A stretch of DNA of 64,000 nucleotides from an uncultured virus (IMG/VR IMGVR_UViG_3300042888_001173) (IMGVR_UViG_3300042888_001173), one strand, 5' to 3'; shown: positions 9,508-20,254, counted from the first letter of the stretch. Numbers and translations are program-made. The notes: generated from the letters alone by a model not told the origin.

Positions 9508-10095
9508 ATGAAATATATTATAGTCGATGCTGCGACCCGTGTAATACTTACGTATGTGGAAGATACTAGATTATCTACAAGTTTAAAGTCTTCTTTATTT
9601 GATGTAGACATTATAGCACTTTATCCACACTATGACTTTTACAAAAATATTACCGACAAAAATATTGAAGATAATTGCCTGTGCATTTCTAAACAAGGCA
9701 TAGAGTTAAAGTTAGATACCGAAGTTCCTGAGTACATAAAACTTAAAAAATTGTTAGCATTAAAAAAACGAAAAATTGTTAAAGTACTATTCTTTGTTAC
9801 TGCAAAATCACTATCAACTTGTAATTTTTTCTTTAATCCAGCCGTAGCCTACTTAATAAATGATATGTTAGAATCAAAAAACGAAAAATTATTAGATGAC
9901 TATGTAAGCGGTAGAGGCTTAACAAAAGAAGAAGCATTGAAAGAATTAAAAATTAAATCTGACTCGTTTAATCATATATTAATAAAATTACAATCTACCA
10001 TTGATTATTTTATGGAAGTGATTATTTTGGAAAATGATATTAGTAAATTAGATATTATAGAAAACAAAATTATTAGTAGGATGGCTGTTGTATGA
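9508..10095 (+). CDS. hypothetical protein
   Basis: 195-aa AT-rich ORF. Confidence 0.65.
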   Translation: MKYIIVDAATRVILTYVEDTRLSTSLKSSLFDVDIIALYPHYDFYKNITDKNIEDNCLCISKQGIELKLDTEVPEYIKLKKLLALKKRKIVKVLFFVTAKSLSTCNFFFNPAVAYLINDMLESKNEKLLDDYVSGRGLTKEEALKELKIKSDSFNHILIKLQSTIDYFMEVIILENDISKLDIIENKIISRMAVV

Positions 10096-11210
10096 CACAA
10101 TCGTTGATAGCATATCAAGCTGATATTCTTAATGCTCAATTAATTGCTGATCCCAAATTTAAAGAATGGTTAGACTTTTATAGCATTATTCAGGATCGTT
10201 GTATAGGCATCAATGATAGAACCAATACATTTAGATTTCCTATACGAACATACGTTCCTGATAAATTTAGGCTACCAGAATTTAAAAATTCAAGTATTAC
10301 ATATGAAGAATGTGTAATAGAACGTGCTGCACAAATATTAAAACAACAAGAAGATCTCGATATTCCAATACAAATTATGTATAGTGGAGGAATTGATTCG
10401 AGTGTGATTGTATCCTCGTTTATCAAACTTCTAGGAGTAGAACAAGCCTCAAAAAGAATTACTATAAAAATGAATCAAAACAGTGTCGATGAAAATCCAG
10501 AAATGTGGTATAAATTTATAAGACCACATTTCAAAGTTGAAAATAGTGATTTTTCTTATAGTGATAAGGACATAGGTAATTGGATTTACGTTATCGGCGA
10601 ACTAAATGATCAATTATTTGGTGCAGATATTCAACAAAGTTATGAACTGTGGGGTGGTCCCGGTTCATTAAACAAGACAATTAATTTTGATACAATGGTA
10701 AAGTTTTTTATGGACTCTAAAAAAATATCATCAAGATCAGCAAAAATGTGGACATCATTGTTTATTGAAAATCTAAAAACGTGCCCGAATCATAATAATC
10801 AAGTTTGGGATCTGTTTTGGTGGTATAATTTTACATGGAAATGGATATATGTTTATTATCGATTATTTTTGTTTAGCAACGTAACAAACAATATTAATAC
10901 TGCTTGGTTAGATGATCGATATTTTCCATTTTTTGATACCACAAATTTTCAATTATGGAGTATGAACAATCAAGAGTCTAAACATCTAGGATCATGGAAT
11001 ACATATAAGATTTCTGCAAAAAAGTTTGTGTGTAGCGTATTAGGGTCTAATGAATATTTGCAAAAAGTAAAAAGACCAAGTTTAAAAAATATATTATATC
11101 TACGTCCAAGATTTAACGCAATCACTGCTGATCAAAGTGTAACACAATCTATAGATCTTAGTGATGTATTTGATGATACAAATCACATTACAAATTTTAA
11201 ACATGAATAG
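10092..11210 (+). CDS. PP-loop ATPase (asparagine synthase-like adenylating domain)
   Basis: YSGGIDS and GELNDQLFG motifs. Confidence 0.7.
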   Translation: MTQSLIAYQADILNAQLIADPKFKEWLDFYSIIQDRCIGINDRTNTFRFPIRTYVPDKFRLPEFKNSSITYEECVIERAAQILKQQEDLDIPIQIMYSGGIDSSVIVSSFIKLLGVEQASKRITIKMNQNSVDENPEMWYKFIRPHFKVENSDFSYSDKDIGNWIYVIGELNDQLFGADIQQSYELWGGPGSLNKTINFDTMVKFFMDSKKISSRSAKMWTSLFIENLKTCPNHNNQVWDLFWWYNFTWKWIYVYYRLFLFSNVTNNINTAWLDDRYFPFFDTTNFQLWSMNNQESKHLGSWNTYKISAKKFVCSVLGSNEYLQKVKRPSLKNILYLRPRFNAITADQSVTQSIDLSDVFDDTNHITNFKHE

Positions 11211-12081
11211 AATTTATACATTTGATAAAAATACAAAAAAGTTCACATACCAAATAGATAATTTTGATAAAGTAACTACAGATACGTTCTTTGATGCAGT
11301 TGATAAAACTGTAAAAGATATCAAACAAGAGATGACAGGTTTAGGACTTGATAAAATTGGTCTGTGCCTTTCTGGAATTGACAGTGAATTAATTGCACAT
11401 TACATACACCTAAACGACATTCCGGTAGAATATTTTTTCTTTCATATTAACGGAATTAATGATTCTACAAAAATAATAGTTGAGGATATTGCTAAGAAAT
11501 ATGGTGTTAAATTAAACATTTATGAATTTTCCATTGATGATATTCTAAAATCAATAATACATGAAAATTTTAAAATTACTGAAGTATGTTGGCCCACGTA
11601 CTCTACAGTCCCATATATTTTAAAATTAATTCCAAGTGATTTTTATATAATTGTAGGAGAGGGTGATCTAGAAAAAGATAGTGTAAACAAATACCTAACT
11701 ATCTTTAATAGAAAAATTACCAATTACGATTCTAGTGTGTTTTACATACCTATGCATCTAACTGAAATAGCTTATCAGCAATCTTTAAATTTTTATAAAA
11801 AATCTGGCGAAATGAATTTTTATAGCAGGATTTTTGATTCGTGGTATCATATTTTAAACAGCAATAAGTTGAGAACTAATGGTAAGTTTTTTTATGATCC
11901 TAAGAGTATATTGCTGGCAGATTTAGTAAAGATGAATTTTGTATCTCCTCTTAAAACTTTAAATTTTGAAAATATGAAATTAGCAGATACCATAATAACT
12001 CTATTAAAAAATAAGGGGTCCGCGAATTGGGACCCCTATATAGGAGATGTTGTATTAGTTCCTAAAAACTTAATATATTAA
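11203..12081 (+). CDS. divergent PP-loop ATPase-like protein
   Basis: LCLSGIDSE, IIVGEGD. Confidence 0.55.
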   Translation: MNRIYTFDKNTKKFTYQIDNFDKVTTDTFFDAVDKTVKDIKQEMTGLGLDKIGLCLSGIDSELIAHYIHLNDIPVEYFFFHINGINDSTKIIVEDIAKKYGVKLNIYEFSIDDILKSIIHENFKITEVCWPTYSTVPYILKLIPSDFYIIVGEGDLEKDSVNKYLTIFNRKITNYDSSVFYIPMHLTEIAYQQSLNFYKKSGEMNFYSRIFDSWYHILNSNKLRTNGKFFYDPKSILLADLVKMNFVSPLKTLNFENMKLADTIITLLKNKGSANWDPYIGDVVLVPKNLIY

Positions 12082-12383
12082 ATATCTTCAAAAATTTTAG
12101 GACCTATAGTAATACCAACAGAAGAGTAGTATTCGTTTCTTAAATCCCAGTACGGGACAAGGTCCGGGTCAACATCGTATTCGTCAAAAGCCGCACGATC
12201 AACCCAAACTCCTTCATAAAACATTTTCAATCCATCTTCGCTATATGTGATATTATACGAAATGTGTTTACTTGAATCAATATAAGTTTGTAATTTGGTC
12301 TTAAATTCGACGGCTGGTAAGACATCCCCGTGCCAAGGAATATCTGCAGAAGGTCTTGTATATTCTCTTTTAATTTTAATCAT
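12078..12383 (-). CDS. hypothetical protein
   Basis: 101-aa ORF with GGAG SD. Confidence 0.65.
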   Translation of the reverse strand: MIKIKREYTRPSADIPWHGDVLPAVEFKTKLQTYIDSSKHISYNITYSEDGLKMFYEGVWVDRAAFDEYDVDPDLVPYWDLRNEYYSSVGITIGPKIFEDI

Positions 12384-12395
12384 TGTTATCTCCAA

Positions 12396-13028
12396 TTATT
12401 GATTATTTATATATGTTCTAGTTTTCATAGGGTTAGCTTCATCTTTTGGACCGTCTTCACTATCTGGATGAAAAACAGCTAAACTCATAAAAGAGTCTGT
12501 TGTAAAAAATCTATGTCTAGCGTGTCTGTCTAAAATAAATCGATCACCTTTGGATAATTCAACTACTTCTTTGTCAATTTCAGCAAATCCCCTACCTTCT
12601 AATATTACGCCTATTCGAATACTAGGATGTGTGTGAAATGTTTGCTTTATATCGTTAGGAAAAAACAAATAATTTATACAGGGATCTCCGTTACGCAACG
12701 GATTAATAATATTGGTATTTGAGCAACCATCTATATAACTTAATTGACCCTGAATAGTAGGATCAAATGTTACCAATTGTTGCTCTTGAAATTTGTATCC
12801 GGGAGTTTCAATAATCAATGCACTCCCATCTAATACAATATTTTCATTTACGCAGGCGCCAAATTTTCCGTTAATTTGATAAGATGCCGATACCATCTTA
12901 CAATTATTTCCAATAATAAATGTTGAATGATTTTTTAATTCAGATGTGTAATGAGTATCTATTACTTTTATTTTTAAAATAGTCCTATCATAAATTGTTA
13001 ACTCGTCTGTTATTTTTTGAAATTTCAT
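12396..13028 (-). CDS. cupin-domain protein
   Basis: QTFHTHPSIRIG...HRF cupin metal motif. Confidence 0.7.
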   Translation of the reverse strand: MKFQKITDELTIYDRTILKIKVIDTHYTSELKNHSTFIIGNNCKMVSASYQINGKFGACVNENIVLDGSALIIETPGYKFQEQQLVTFDPTIQGQLSYIDGCSNTNIINPLRNGDPCINYLFFPNDIKQTFHTHPSIRIGVILEGRGFAEIDKEVVELSKGDRFILDRHARHRFFTTDSFMSLAVFHPDSEDGPKDEANPMKTRTYINNQ

Positions 13029-13169
13029 CGTGACTGCCTCTGTAGTATAGGTAGTATTTACATATCAAAGACACATGTTTAAAAATTTCTTACTATAGGA
13101 GAATTAATACAAGTTGATTCATAAATTTCGTTATTACAAGTTTTATCCGCTACTTTGTAAAACCCACAG

Positions 13170-14090
13170 TTACTTATTAATTGGGCCTTTAATTTCATTA
13201 TAAAGTTGAGTTATAGTTCTATCTATTTGTTGCCTGTAGGGCAAACCATTGTACTTATTTTTCAATACAAGTTGAACTTCAGCAACTAGATCATCAATTT
13301 TTTCAAATCCTGTCTGTTTCTTGCGTTCGATAATATCGGGATACATTTCTCGAAAGCCTAGTATTTTTGTAGAATTGATGCCTAATCGTCCACGGTATTC
13401 GTCGTTTACTAATTTTTTAAACCAGGTTAACGTAGTATACCCTAAAACCAATCCAGGTGACCACTTAAACCATTGATAAATTGCAGGACGATTATGTAGA
13501 ATGTTGTATTTGTCACATCCTAAATCGTGTTCAAAATCTTGCATCAACCAAGTACCCTTTTTACTATAGTCATCATCTGTACGATACCATCTTACATCAC
13601 TATGCCCTACAATAATTAACCCATCGGCACAGTCTGTAAATTTAAGATGGGGTAGCATTCTAGGTCTATCTATTTGTGCATCTTCTGATACTTTTACTGC
13701 ATCGTTTTCATAAAACTTTTTTAAGTTAAAGTCTACTATTGTATAATCAATATTAAGAATAGAACATACGGTAACGGCATAACTTACATCATAAATGTTT
13801 AGATCATTTTCGTACCTAACAACATAAACCTTAGGGTTTGAGCCAATTGCTAGGTAGGAACGTAGTATTATTTCGCTATCTACTCCACCACTAAAAAATA
13901 TGCAAGGTCTTAATCCTGGATAATGATCTATAGTGCTTTTGGCTGCTTCGATTAATTCTTCTTTGAACGATAATAATGGTCTATCCATTTTAGTGTAAAT
14001 GGTTTTAAGCTCTTTATTTTCAATTTGTCTCCCAAATAAAGCATCATTGCCGTATTTCCATTGATACCAATTATTTTCACTTGTATACAT
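13170..14090 (-). CDS. PP-loop ATPase-like protein
   Basis: FFSGGVDSE. Confidence 0.65.
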   Translation of the reverse strand: MYTSENNWYQWKYGNDALFGRQIENKELKTIYTKMDRPLLSFKEELIEAAKSTIDHYPGLRPCIFFSGGVDSEIILRSYLAIGSNPKVYVVRYENDLNIYDVSYAVTVCSILNIDYTIVDFNLKKFYENDAVKVSEDAQIDRPRMLPHLKFTDCADGLIIVGHSDVRWYRTDDDYSKKGTWLMQDFEHDLGCDKYNILHNRPAIYQWFKWSPGLVLGYTTLTWFKKLVNDEYRGRLGINSTKILGFREMYPDIIERKKQTGFEKIDDLVAEVQLVLKNKYNGLPYRQQIDRTITQLYNEIKGPINK

Positions 14091-14508
14091 TTTTGTGAGT
14101 TCCGAATATTATGTCCCATATTGGCATGAATAGCCCATAATTAGAATTATTCCGATGATGAATCAAATGCCATTTACCACTAGTAAGAATAGGTAAATTA
14201 AAATTTGAATTATGTTCTATTGATTCTTGTATAAATGCAGCCCATATATAATAGAACACACTAATCCACCATTGACCAGTTACTAAACTAAACAACAATG
14301 TAGGAATAACTTCAGTGAGCCATAAGTCTAACGTGCTAGTCCAATCATCATTAAATAATACTAAATTAGACCAATGCCACGTTGTAGTATGGTTTAATAC
14401 AAATCTATGGTGATGCATATGTATAGTACGTACTACAGGCAGTTTGTGCCCTATTCTATGAATCCAATATAGAATTAACGTCCATAGAAAGAAATACAGA
14501 AGAAACAT
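14077..14508 (-). CDS. sterol desaturase / fatty acid hydroxylase family protein
   Basis: HRIGH, HMHHH, HLIHH His boxes, NYG..WD.IFGT. Confidence 0.85.
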   Translation of the reverse strand: MFLLYFFLWTLILYWIHRIGHKLPVVRTIHMHHHRFVLNHTTTWHWSNLVLFNDDWTSTLDLWLTEVIPTLLFSLVTGQWWISVFYYIWAAFIQESIEHNSNFNLPILTSGKWHLIHHRNNSNYGLFMPIWDIIFGTHKNVYK

Positions 14509-15282
14509 TTAAATCTTTATCAATTTAATAATTAGACCTGATATGTCAACTTCCCACCACTTTGTACCAAAGTATGAATTCTTAGGATATCTGTGATGAT
14601 TGTTGTGCCAACTTTCTCCCCAACTGGGAATTGACCATAACCAATTATTTGTGCTTTGATCTGATAGATTATAAGTTCGATAACCGCCAAACCAGTTTGG
14701 CATATGCCCTACATAGTTAACTACATTACTCATAAGTCCAGTAATCACTGCTGGCATCCAATGTGCAAATACCATTAACCAGAAGCCGCCGGCAACAAAA
14801 AGTACAGCACTATAAGCTATAAGAATGGCAAAATAATAACGGTGTAAGAACTGTTGAAATTTATCAGTAACTAGATCACGCATACGCCATTTAGTATCCG
14901 CACTGATTTGATTAACATAATCTAGTGTAAAAATTTTAACGCCTTTGTGTAAAGGACTGTGTGGGTCTTCTGGTTTGTCGCTCTTTAAGTGATGGTTGAT
15001 ATGAATAGCAACCCAGGCTAATGGACTGCCGGTGCCCGCAAAACAGCCTACAACTGAAAGTATTTTAGTTAACCATGGATATGTTTTGTAACTGTTATGC
15101 GTTAACCGTCTATGATATGTTATTACGATTCCTAAACACCCGTAAACAAAGTAACCTAGTAAAACTAACAACAATTCAATTGCACTCATGCCGTAGATAT
15201 ATACGCCTAGTATAGATCCTAGCAAAGATATGATTAAAAATAGTTGGGCACCCAACGTACTGCTTGAAAAATAGTTCTTCAT
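14509..15282 (-). CDS. delta-9-type fatty acid desaturase
   Basis: HRRLTH, HINHH, DPHSP, GESWHNNHH. Confidence 0.92.
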   Translation of the reverse strand: MKNYFSSSTLGAQLFLIISLLGSILGVYIYGMSAIELLLVLLGYFVYGCLGIVITYHRRLTHNSYKTYPWLTKILSVVGCFAGTGSPLAWVAIHINHHLKSDKPEDPHSPLHKGVKIFTLDYVNQISADTKWRMRDLVTDKFQQFLHRYYFAILIAYSAVLFVAGGFWLMVFAHWMPAVITGLMSNVVNYVGHMPNWFGGYRTYNLSDQSTNNWLWSIPSWGESWHNNHHRYPKNSYFGTKWWEVDISGLIIKLIKI

Positions 15283-15286
15283 GCAA

Positions 15287-15868
15287 CTATTTATCAGGTA
15301 AATTGTGGCCTTTAAGTTTTCTAGATTTTATAACAATATTATCTGGTTTCAATTCCTGTCCCATTAATCTCCAGTACAATTCAAATTCTGGTTTGGTATT
15401 TGCTGGAACAACAGCCAGTGTAGTCAAGTCATACTTTCCTTGAATTGCATATGAATTTTTCTTCCATTGTCTTTCGTATACCCGTTCTAGTCTTTCTGCT
15501 ATACTGTAAAAGTATTGATGATACCCTCGCCCTTCTGCTATGTCAAATGCCGCTTTAAACAACATTCCAAATTCGGGCCGGTTAAAATTAAAATAAGACG
15601 TATAAACAGAACTAAAAAAATTTGAGATTACCCAAAATTTTCCTCGCATCTTACTTTCGTAAAACCCTACAGTTATCCAACTAATTAATTTACCATCTTC
15701 AAAATAACCAATTCCTACAGAATTGTTAGATTTAGATTCTTCTCGAAGAGCTTGATAACGTTCGGGGGATATTGGAGTAGTACCGCTTATTTTTTTACGA
15801 GAAAAAATAATTTGTTTACAAAATTCTTCGTACTCTTGATTGCCAGTAATTTCACGAACTTCTGTCAT
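15287..15868 (-). CDS. hypothetical protein, possibly GNAT fold
   Basis: 193-aa ORF between two desaturases. Confidence 0.55.
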   Translation of the reverse strand: MTEVREITGNQEYEEFCKQIIFSRKKISGTTPISPERYQALREESKSNNSVGIGYFEDGKLISWITVGFYESKMRGKFWVISNFFSSVYTSYFNFNRPEFGMLFKAAFDIAEGRGYHQYFYSIAERLERVYERQWKKNSYAIQGKYDLTTLAVVPANTKPEFELYWRLMGQELKPDNIVIKSRKLKGHNLPDK

Positions 15869-15872
15869 AGTG

Positions 15873-16625
15873 TTATTGTTTTATAAAATTTATTAATACT
15901 CCAATTGGATCGTATTCATATTTTAATACTTTTGTCGAAGTTTTTTGGGCGTTGGCATGGTGATTATTATGCCAAGCATCGCCTAGTATAAACGGCCAAA
16001 GATACAAATTGTTAGTGCTACGATCTGTTGTTTCAAAATTTCGATAACCCTTCATATGTGCAAAATAATTAAACATAGTTTGAGTCACACTGACTACAAA
16101 TACAGGAATAGCCCACATATAAAATATCAAATTAAAATCAATTATAGACAACAATACTAGGAAACTTAGTATTAGCAAAAGATAATACTTGTCAATTTTT
16201 ATGTGTGCGGTAGTTAATAATTCTTTTACAATAAAGTGATTGATTTTTGTATTTTCTTGTATAGGTTTAAATCCTATAAACTTAAAAGTATCGTAATGCG
16301 GACTGTGAGGATCTTTTTCGGTGTCAGAAGTTGCGTGATGAATACGGTGTATATACACCCAACCTAGGGGACTTCCGCGGCCTGATAGCACAGCAAACAC
16401 AGTAAAGAACCATTTGATCACTGAGTTTAGTTTAAAACTTTTGTGGCTGTAATATCTGTGCAGCATCATGCTGATTCCCAACACACTATACCCGTAGAAC
16501 ATCAATACGGATAGCAATATGTATTGCCAAGAAACATCTGCAACGAATGGACACACTATAATAAGTGCGATTGACAAGAGTTGGATTATACGCAATGTAT
16601 TCGGGGAAGACGAAAATAGTTTCAC
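15873..16625 (-). CDS. delta-9-type fatty acid desaturase (second copy)
   Basis: HRYYSH, HRIHH, DPHSP, GDAWHNNHH. Confidence 0.92.
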   Translation of the reverse strand: MKLFSSSPNTLRIIQLLSIALIIVCPFVADVSWQYILLSVLMFYGYSVLGISMMLHRYYSHKSFKLNSVIKWFFTVFAVLSGRGSPLGWVYIHRIHHATSDTEKDPHSPHYDTFKFIGFKPIQENTKINHFIVKELLTTAHIKIDKYYLLLILSFLVLLSIIDFNLIFYMWAIPVFVVSVTQTMFNYFAHMKGYRNFETTDRSTNNLYLWPFILGDAWHNNHHANAQKTSTKVLKYEYDPIGVLINFIKQ

Positions 16626-16668
16626 TCAGTATTTATTATGTAACTCATGACGCCTGATTAAATAACAT

Positions 16669-17289
16669 ATGAACAATATTATATTGCTACCGATTGATCT
16701 GCCTAAGCTGGAATTAAACAGAGACAAGACATTAGAATACTTTGATGCTAGAAAAGAAAGACATCAAGATTGGAATTGGGTTAACTTTAAAAAAACAAAT
16801 CAGCCAATTGATCCGGAACTATTGAAACTTTTTCCAGATCTGGATGAAAAACTACGAGCAATTCCGTTGTTAGATTATGATAACGGTGGACATTTTGATT
16901 TTAGAGAGCAATTTGTCAATAATAAACCGCACCAAGATCCCATTGCCAAGTCCCTAGCGCCCTCCAATCTAGGACCTACTGCTTACAAAAATCTAGTAAT
17001 GCGTGACATGTTAGAGACATTTTATGTATTACCAAACTCTACAAATCCCGATATTGTTCAGTATGATGCAAGATCTAGAGAAAAATTAAATCCAGTATTT
17101 CCTATACTTCCCGATACCACTGATTGGTTTATTCTAAATAATCATCTAGGATATCACGGATCGTTTTTAGCCCCAAAAGAGTATAGAAAAATCACAATGT
17201 TTATTGCAGGCAAACTAGATTCTACAAAACATCTAGAACTTCTAAATAGAAGCATCGAAAAATATAAAGATTACATCATTTATAATTAA
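16669..17289 (+). CDS. putative Fe(II)/2OG-type oxygenase (paralogue family A)
   Basis: PHQD...YHG...RK; N-terminal ILLPIDLP, C-terminal H..LL.RS..KYKDYII. Confidence 0.55.
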   Translation: MNNIILLPIDLPKLELNRDKTLEYFDARKERHQDWNWVNFKKTNQPIDPELLKLFPDLDEKLRAIPLLDYDNGGHFDFREQFVNNKPHQDPIAKSLAPSNLGPTAYKNLVMRDMLETFYVLPNSTNPDIVQYDARSREKLNPVFPILPDTTDWFILNNHLGYHGSFLAPKEYRKITMFIAGKLDSTKHLELLNRSIEKYKDYIIYN

Positions 17290-17302
17290 GTATCAAGGTA
17301 AA

Positions 17303-17905
17303 ATGAGAGTTTCAACATATAACAATTTGTCCGCTATTGAAAAAACAAACTTTTATTTTTTTCTTGAGTCGACACACTTAGAATTAAAATCTGCTAATAT
17401 TAATATGTGGCACAAGGATTGGAAAAATGAAAAACATACATTGCCTTTTATCTTAAATAAAACAGATAGATTTAATGATAACAGTGGTGCATACCATATA
17501 GTATTTGACGGAGAAACTATAGTTGCTTGCGGGGGTGTATATATTAGTAATTTTTCTCAAGATGTTGCATTTGTGGGTGTAAGGACATGGGTTAATAAAA
17601 TTTATCGTCATCAAAGCATTCTTAGGGAATATCTATTTCCTATACAAAAAATCTGGTGCCAAGAAAAAAACATAAAAATTATAGCATTAACATTTAATGA
17701 TTATAACAAAAATCTTATACAGGTCTTCCAAAAACGACGATTAGGTGAGACTAAAGAAAGGATTACTACTCGACAACCCCGTCATCTTTTTTACAACAAT
17801 TTAATTGAAGTAGAATTCCCTGTAATGATACAATATACTAAGCAATGGGTAATATATGAAAAATTGGATTCTACGTTTAATTTTGATTGGAGCACTGTGA
17901 AATGA
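17303..17905 (+). CDS. GNAT-like hypothetical protein
   Basis: IVACGG...RTWVNKIYR...LTFNDYN. Confidence 0.5.
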   Translation: MRVSTYNNLSAIEKTNFYFFLESTHLELKSANINMWHKDWKNEKHTLPFILNKTDRFNDNSGAYHIVFDGETIVACGGVYISNFSQDVAFVGVRTWVNKIYRHQSILREYLFPIQKIWCQEKNIKIIALTFNDYNKNLIQVFQKRRLGETKERITTRQPRHLFYNNLIEVEFPVMIQYTKQWVIYEKLDSTFNFDWSTVK

Positions 17906-18507
17906 TTCCTGTATCAATACCATTAATTTTTCCTAAGGTTGTACCCAATGACTGGGAAATATGGAATAAAGTATGGGAGAAAAATAAAAAATTTGTTCCG
18001 AAGTCATTGCAGACAAAAAACTTAGCACAAGCCTATTGGGTGGGATTTGATATCTATGTTAAACCAGGTATAGACTCAAATGATATTATGCCGTACACAT
18101 GTAAGAATGTAAACTGTCCTGAACTATTTCCATCATTGTTTGATCACTTAGATAAACTTCCTATTGAAGTACATGTAGTTCGGATGTTGCAAAGTTTCAC
18201 TAAGGTCTACGCTCATCAAGACTTTGCCTCAATTTCAGGATACAATTCAATAAGAAGTTTATTAACTGATAACAATCCAAAACAAACTTGGTGGTATGAA
18301 GATAGTAATACGAACAAGCACTATCTAAAATTACCGGAAGATACTAACACTTGGTGGTATGATGATGCAAAAGTAAAACACGGCACTGATTTTAATCCTC
18401 GATATAACAAACAACTAATTATGTATCAAGGACCTATAAAAGAATCTTTAAAATCTGTGTTAACAGATAGTATACAAAAATATTCAGATTACGTCATCTA
18501 TGTTTAA
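17902..18507 (+). CDS. putative Fe(II)/2OG-type oxygenase (family A)
   Basis: AHQD...KHG...K; C-terminal SIQKYSDYVI. Confidence 0.55.
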   Translation: MIPVSIPLIFPKVVPNDWEIWNKVWEKNKKFVPKSLQTKNLAQAYWVGFDIYVKPGIDSNDIMPYTCKNVNCPELFPSLFDHLDKLPIEVHVVRMLQSFTKVYAHQDFASISGYNSIRSLLTDNNPKQTWWYEDSNTNKHYLKLPEDTNTWWYDDAKVKHGTDFNPRYNKQLIMYQGPIKESLKSVLTDSIQKYSDYVIYV

Positions 18508-18544
18508 TAAAAATATAGGTAGCAATATTCTCTAAACAGCTTCT

Positions 18545-19081
18545 TTATCTACTTATTATATAAGGTGAAAGTTTTTCTAATATATTAGTTTTCACAAGTG
18601 ATCGTATACTTAAACACCAACGTCCGCTGTCAGTGCTGTAATTATGAACTGAATGTGGTATGTCTGTTCTTACCAGGCATAATCCTTTAATTTCAGTTTC
18701 TTCTATAATCTCAACTTGATCTGAAGTATAGAAAAAATAAGGAGTATTAGCAGTAGTCAATACCCTTTTAGGTGTACTTCCTTTTTTAATTGAGTACCAT
18801 TTCATAATAGAATTAGAACTCCCCCATGCATAATTAATAGCCCAACCGCCTGCATGATTATCTATATGAATATACGTTAAACCAGCAGGAGGACCGTAAA
18901 ATAAATTAATAAAGAGTGGGATATCTAGCGTAGATAAGAAATCAATAATCTCGGGTGATAGTATATCCTCTTTATTGAGAATCTTATGAGTTAACCAACC
19001 TGTACCTGAAACGTAATTTTCTTGTTTAAAATTTTCAACAATGATGTTCTTGTTAAAATCAATTAGGTAGTAGTTGTCCAT
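18545..19081 (-). CDS. putative Fe(II)/2OG-type oxygenase (family B)
   Basis: IHID...IPHSVHN...RWCLSIR. Confidence 0.6.
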   Translation of the reverse strand: MDNYYLIDFNKNIIVENFKQENYVSGTGWLTHKILNKEDILSPEIIDFLSTLDIPLFINLFYGPPAGLTYIHIDNHAGGWAINYAWGSSNSIMKWYSIKKGSTPKRVLTTANTPYFFYTSDQVEIIEETEIKGLCLVRTDIPHSVHNYSTDSGRWCLSIRSLVKTNILEKLSPYIISR

Positions 19082-19182
19082 TATAAAAATATTTATATAA
19101 AGCACCGGGTAGTATAGGATCTTGATCCTATACTTTTATCTAATAATTGATCAAAAAATAGTATAGCATCCTAATGTTAGTG

Positions 19183-19450
19183 CTATTCTAAACCTTTAAT
19201 GAGTGGATGAAACTCGCCGCCTATCAACATGTCTAATGGATGTTTCTTTCCAAAAAAATCATTAGTAACCCATGCATCTTCTTCTTCGATGTAATCGAAC
19301 CAAGGACTAAATCCTAGAACAACGTGTATACGTTGAAAGTTTTTTTCTTTACAGGAAATACTCGATGAGGTAGGTTTGTGTCCCAGCTATAGACATTTCC
19401 ATATTCTAAAAATTCAGGTTCTGAATTTTCCATTTGAAACAAACAATCTG
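19183..19450 (-). pseudogene. 5'-truncated, frameshifted oxygenase-like gene remnant
   Basis: YSWDTNLPHRVF continues in another frame as QRIHVVLGFSPWFDY...KGLE*. Confidence 0.65.
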
Positions 19451-19546
19451 TATTAGAGGATAGTAAACAAAAATATTCAGATTACGTCATTTACGTTTAA
19501 CAAGAAAAAAGGTAATCTTATATAATAATTATTTATTGGTAGATAA

Positions 19547-20254
19547 TTAAATTTCTGGACTCCAATAAATTGCTGAATCTTTATAATGTTCGGCAGAAGA
19601 TACAATTAAGTTTTGAAGATGTTGAGGAATTTCAGACGTGGTTTTGCCAGTGCTTACTATTACAGCAAGTCTTTTTGAACTGGGTATATTTTTATTCACA
19701 GCATGGATTGCTCTCACGTTATTGATATAAAATACTTGTTGCGGATTTGGAATATTAGCCGCATATTGTACATCTTGAATAAATTCCCAAGGTCCAAGAG
19801 GATCAATTGCTGATAGTAATTCTGAATGTGAATTGTGTGGAAGTTTTGTTGGTTTAATCAACAGAGAGTTTTCTAACTCTGTGTTTTCTAAATACATACG
19901 TAGTCCCCATTTATCAGGATCACGGTGCCAAAATCCTAATCCACGATGATTGTCTTTTACTGGTAGTAAAACAACAGAGTCGATTTCTGAAGTTGCTAAG
20001 TTGTATGCATCTCCAAAAAAAGAAGCTAATTGTGGAAATTCTTTATCAAAATTAAAACGCCATACTCTATCGTATTTTGCATATATGATAGTCCACGGAT
20101 ATATATCACCTGTTATATGTTTACTTGAATCTGGTCGAGATTGAATTGTTTGAGTAACATAAAATTTATGTACCCACGATAACAACTTTGTATAATCATA
20201 AGTTGGAAAATCTAGCGACACTAACGGTGTATATAAAATATCAATTGGCCTCAT
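19547..20254 (-). CDS. putative Fe(II)/2OG-type oxygenase (family A)
   Basis: WHRD...IHA...R; C-terminal LIVSSAEHYKDSAI. Confidence 0.55.
   Translation of the reverse strand: MRPIDILYTPLVSLDFPTYDYTKLLSWVHKFYVTQTIQSRPDSSKHITGDIYPWTIIYAKYDRVWRFNFDKEFPQLASFFGDAYNLATSEIDSVVLLPVKDNHRGLGFWHRDPDKWGLRMYLENTELENSLLIKPTKLPHNSHSELLSAIDPLGPWEFIQDVQYAANIPNPQQVFYINNVRAIHAVNKNIPSSKRLAVIVSTGKTTSEIPQHLQNLIVSSAEHYKDSAIYWSPEI

Larger units (their letters stand above)
18452..19500. repeat. imperfect ~56-bp direct repeat (18452-18507 and 19445-19500)
   Basis: gatagtatacaaaaatattcagattacgtcatctatgtttaa vs gatagtaaacaaaaatattcagattacgtcatttacgtttaa. Confidence 0.85.

Noticed and set aside
10092..14090. Lasso peptide or other RiPP cluster based on the asparagine-synthase-like enzymes
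   Set aside because: No leader peptidase, RRE domain or convincing precursor peptide seen
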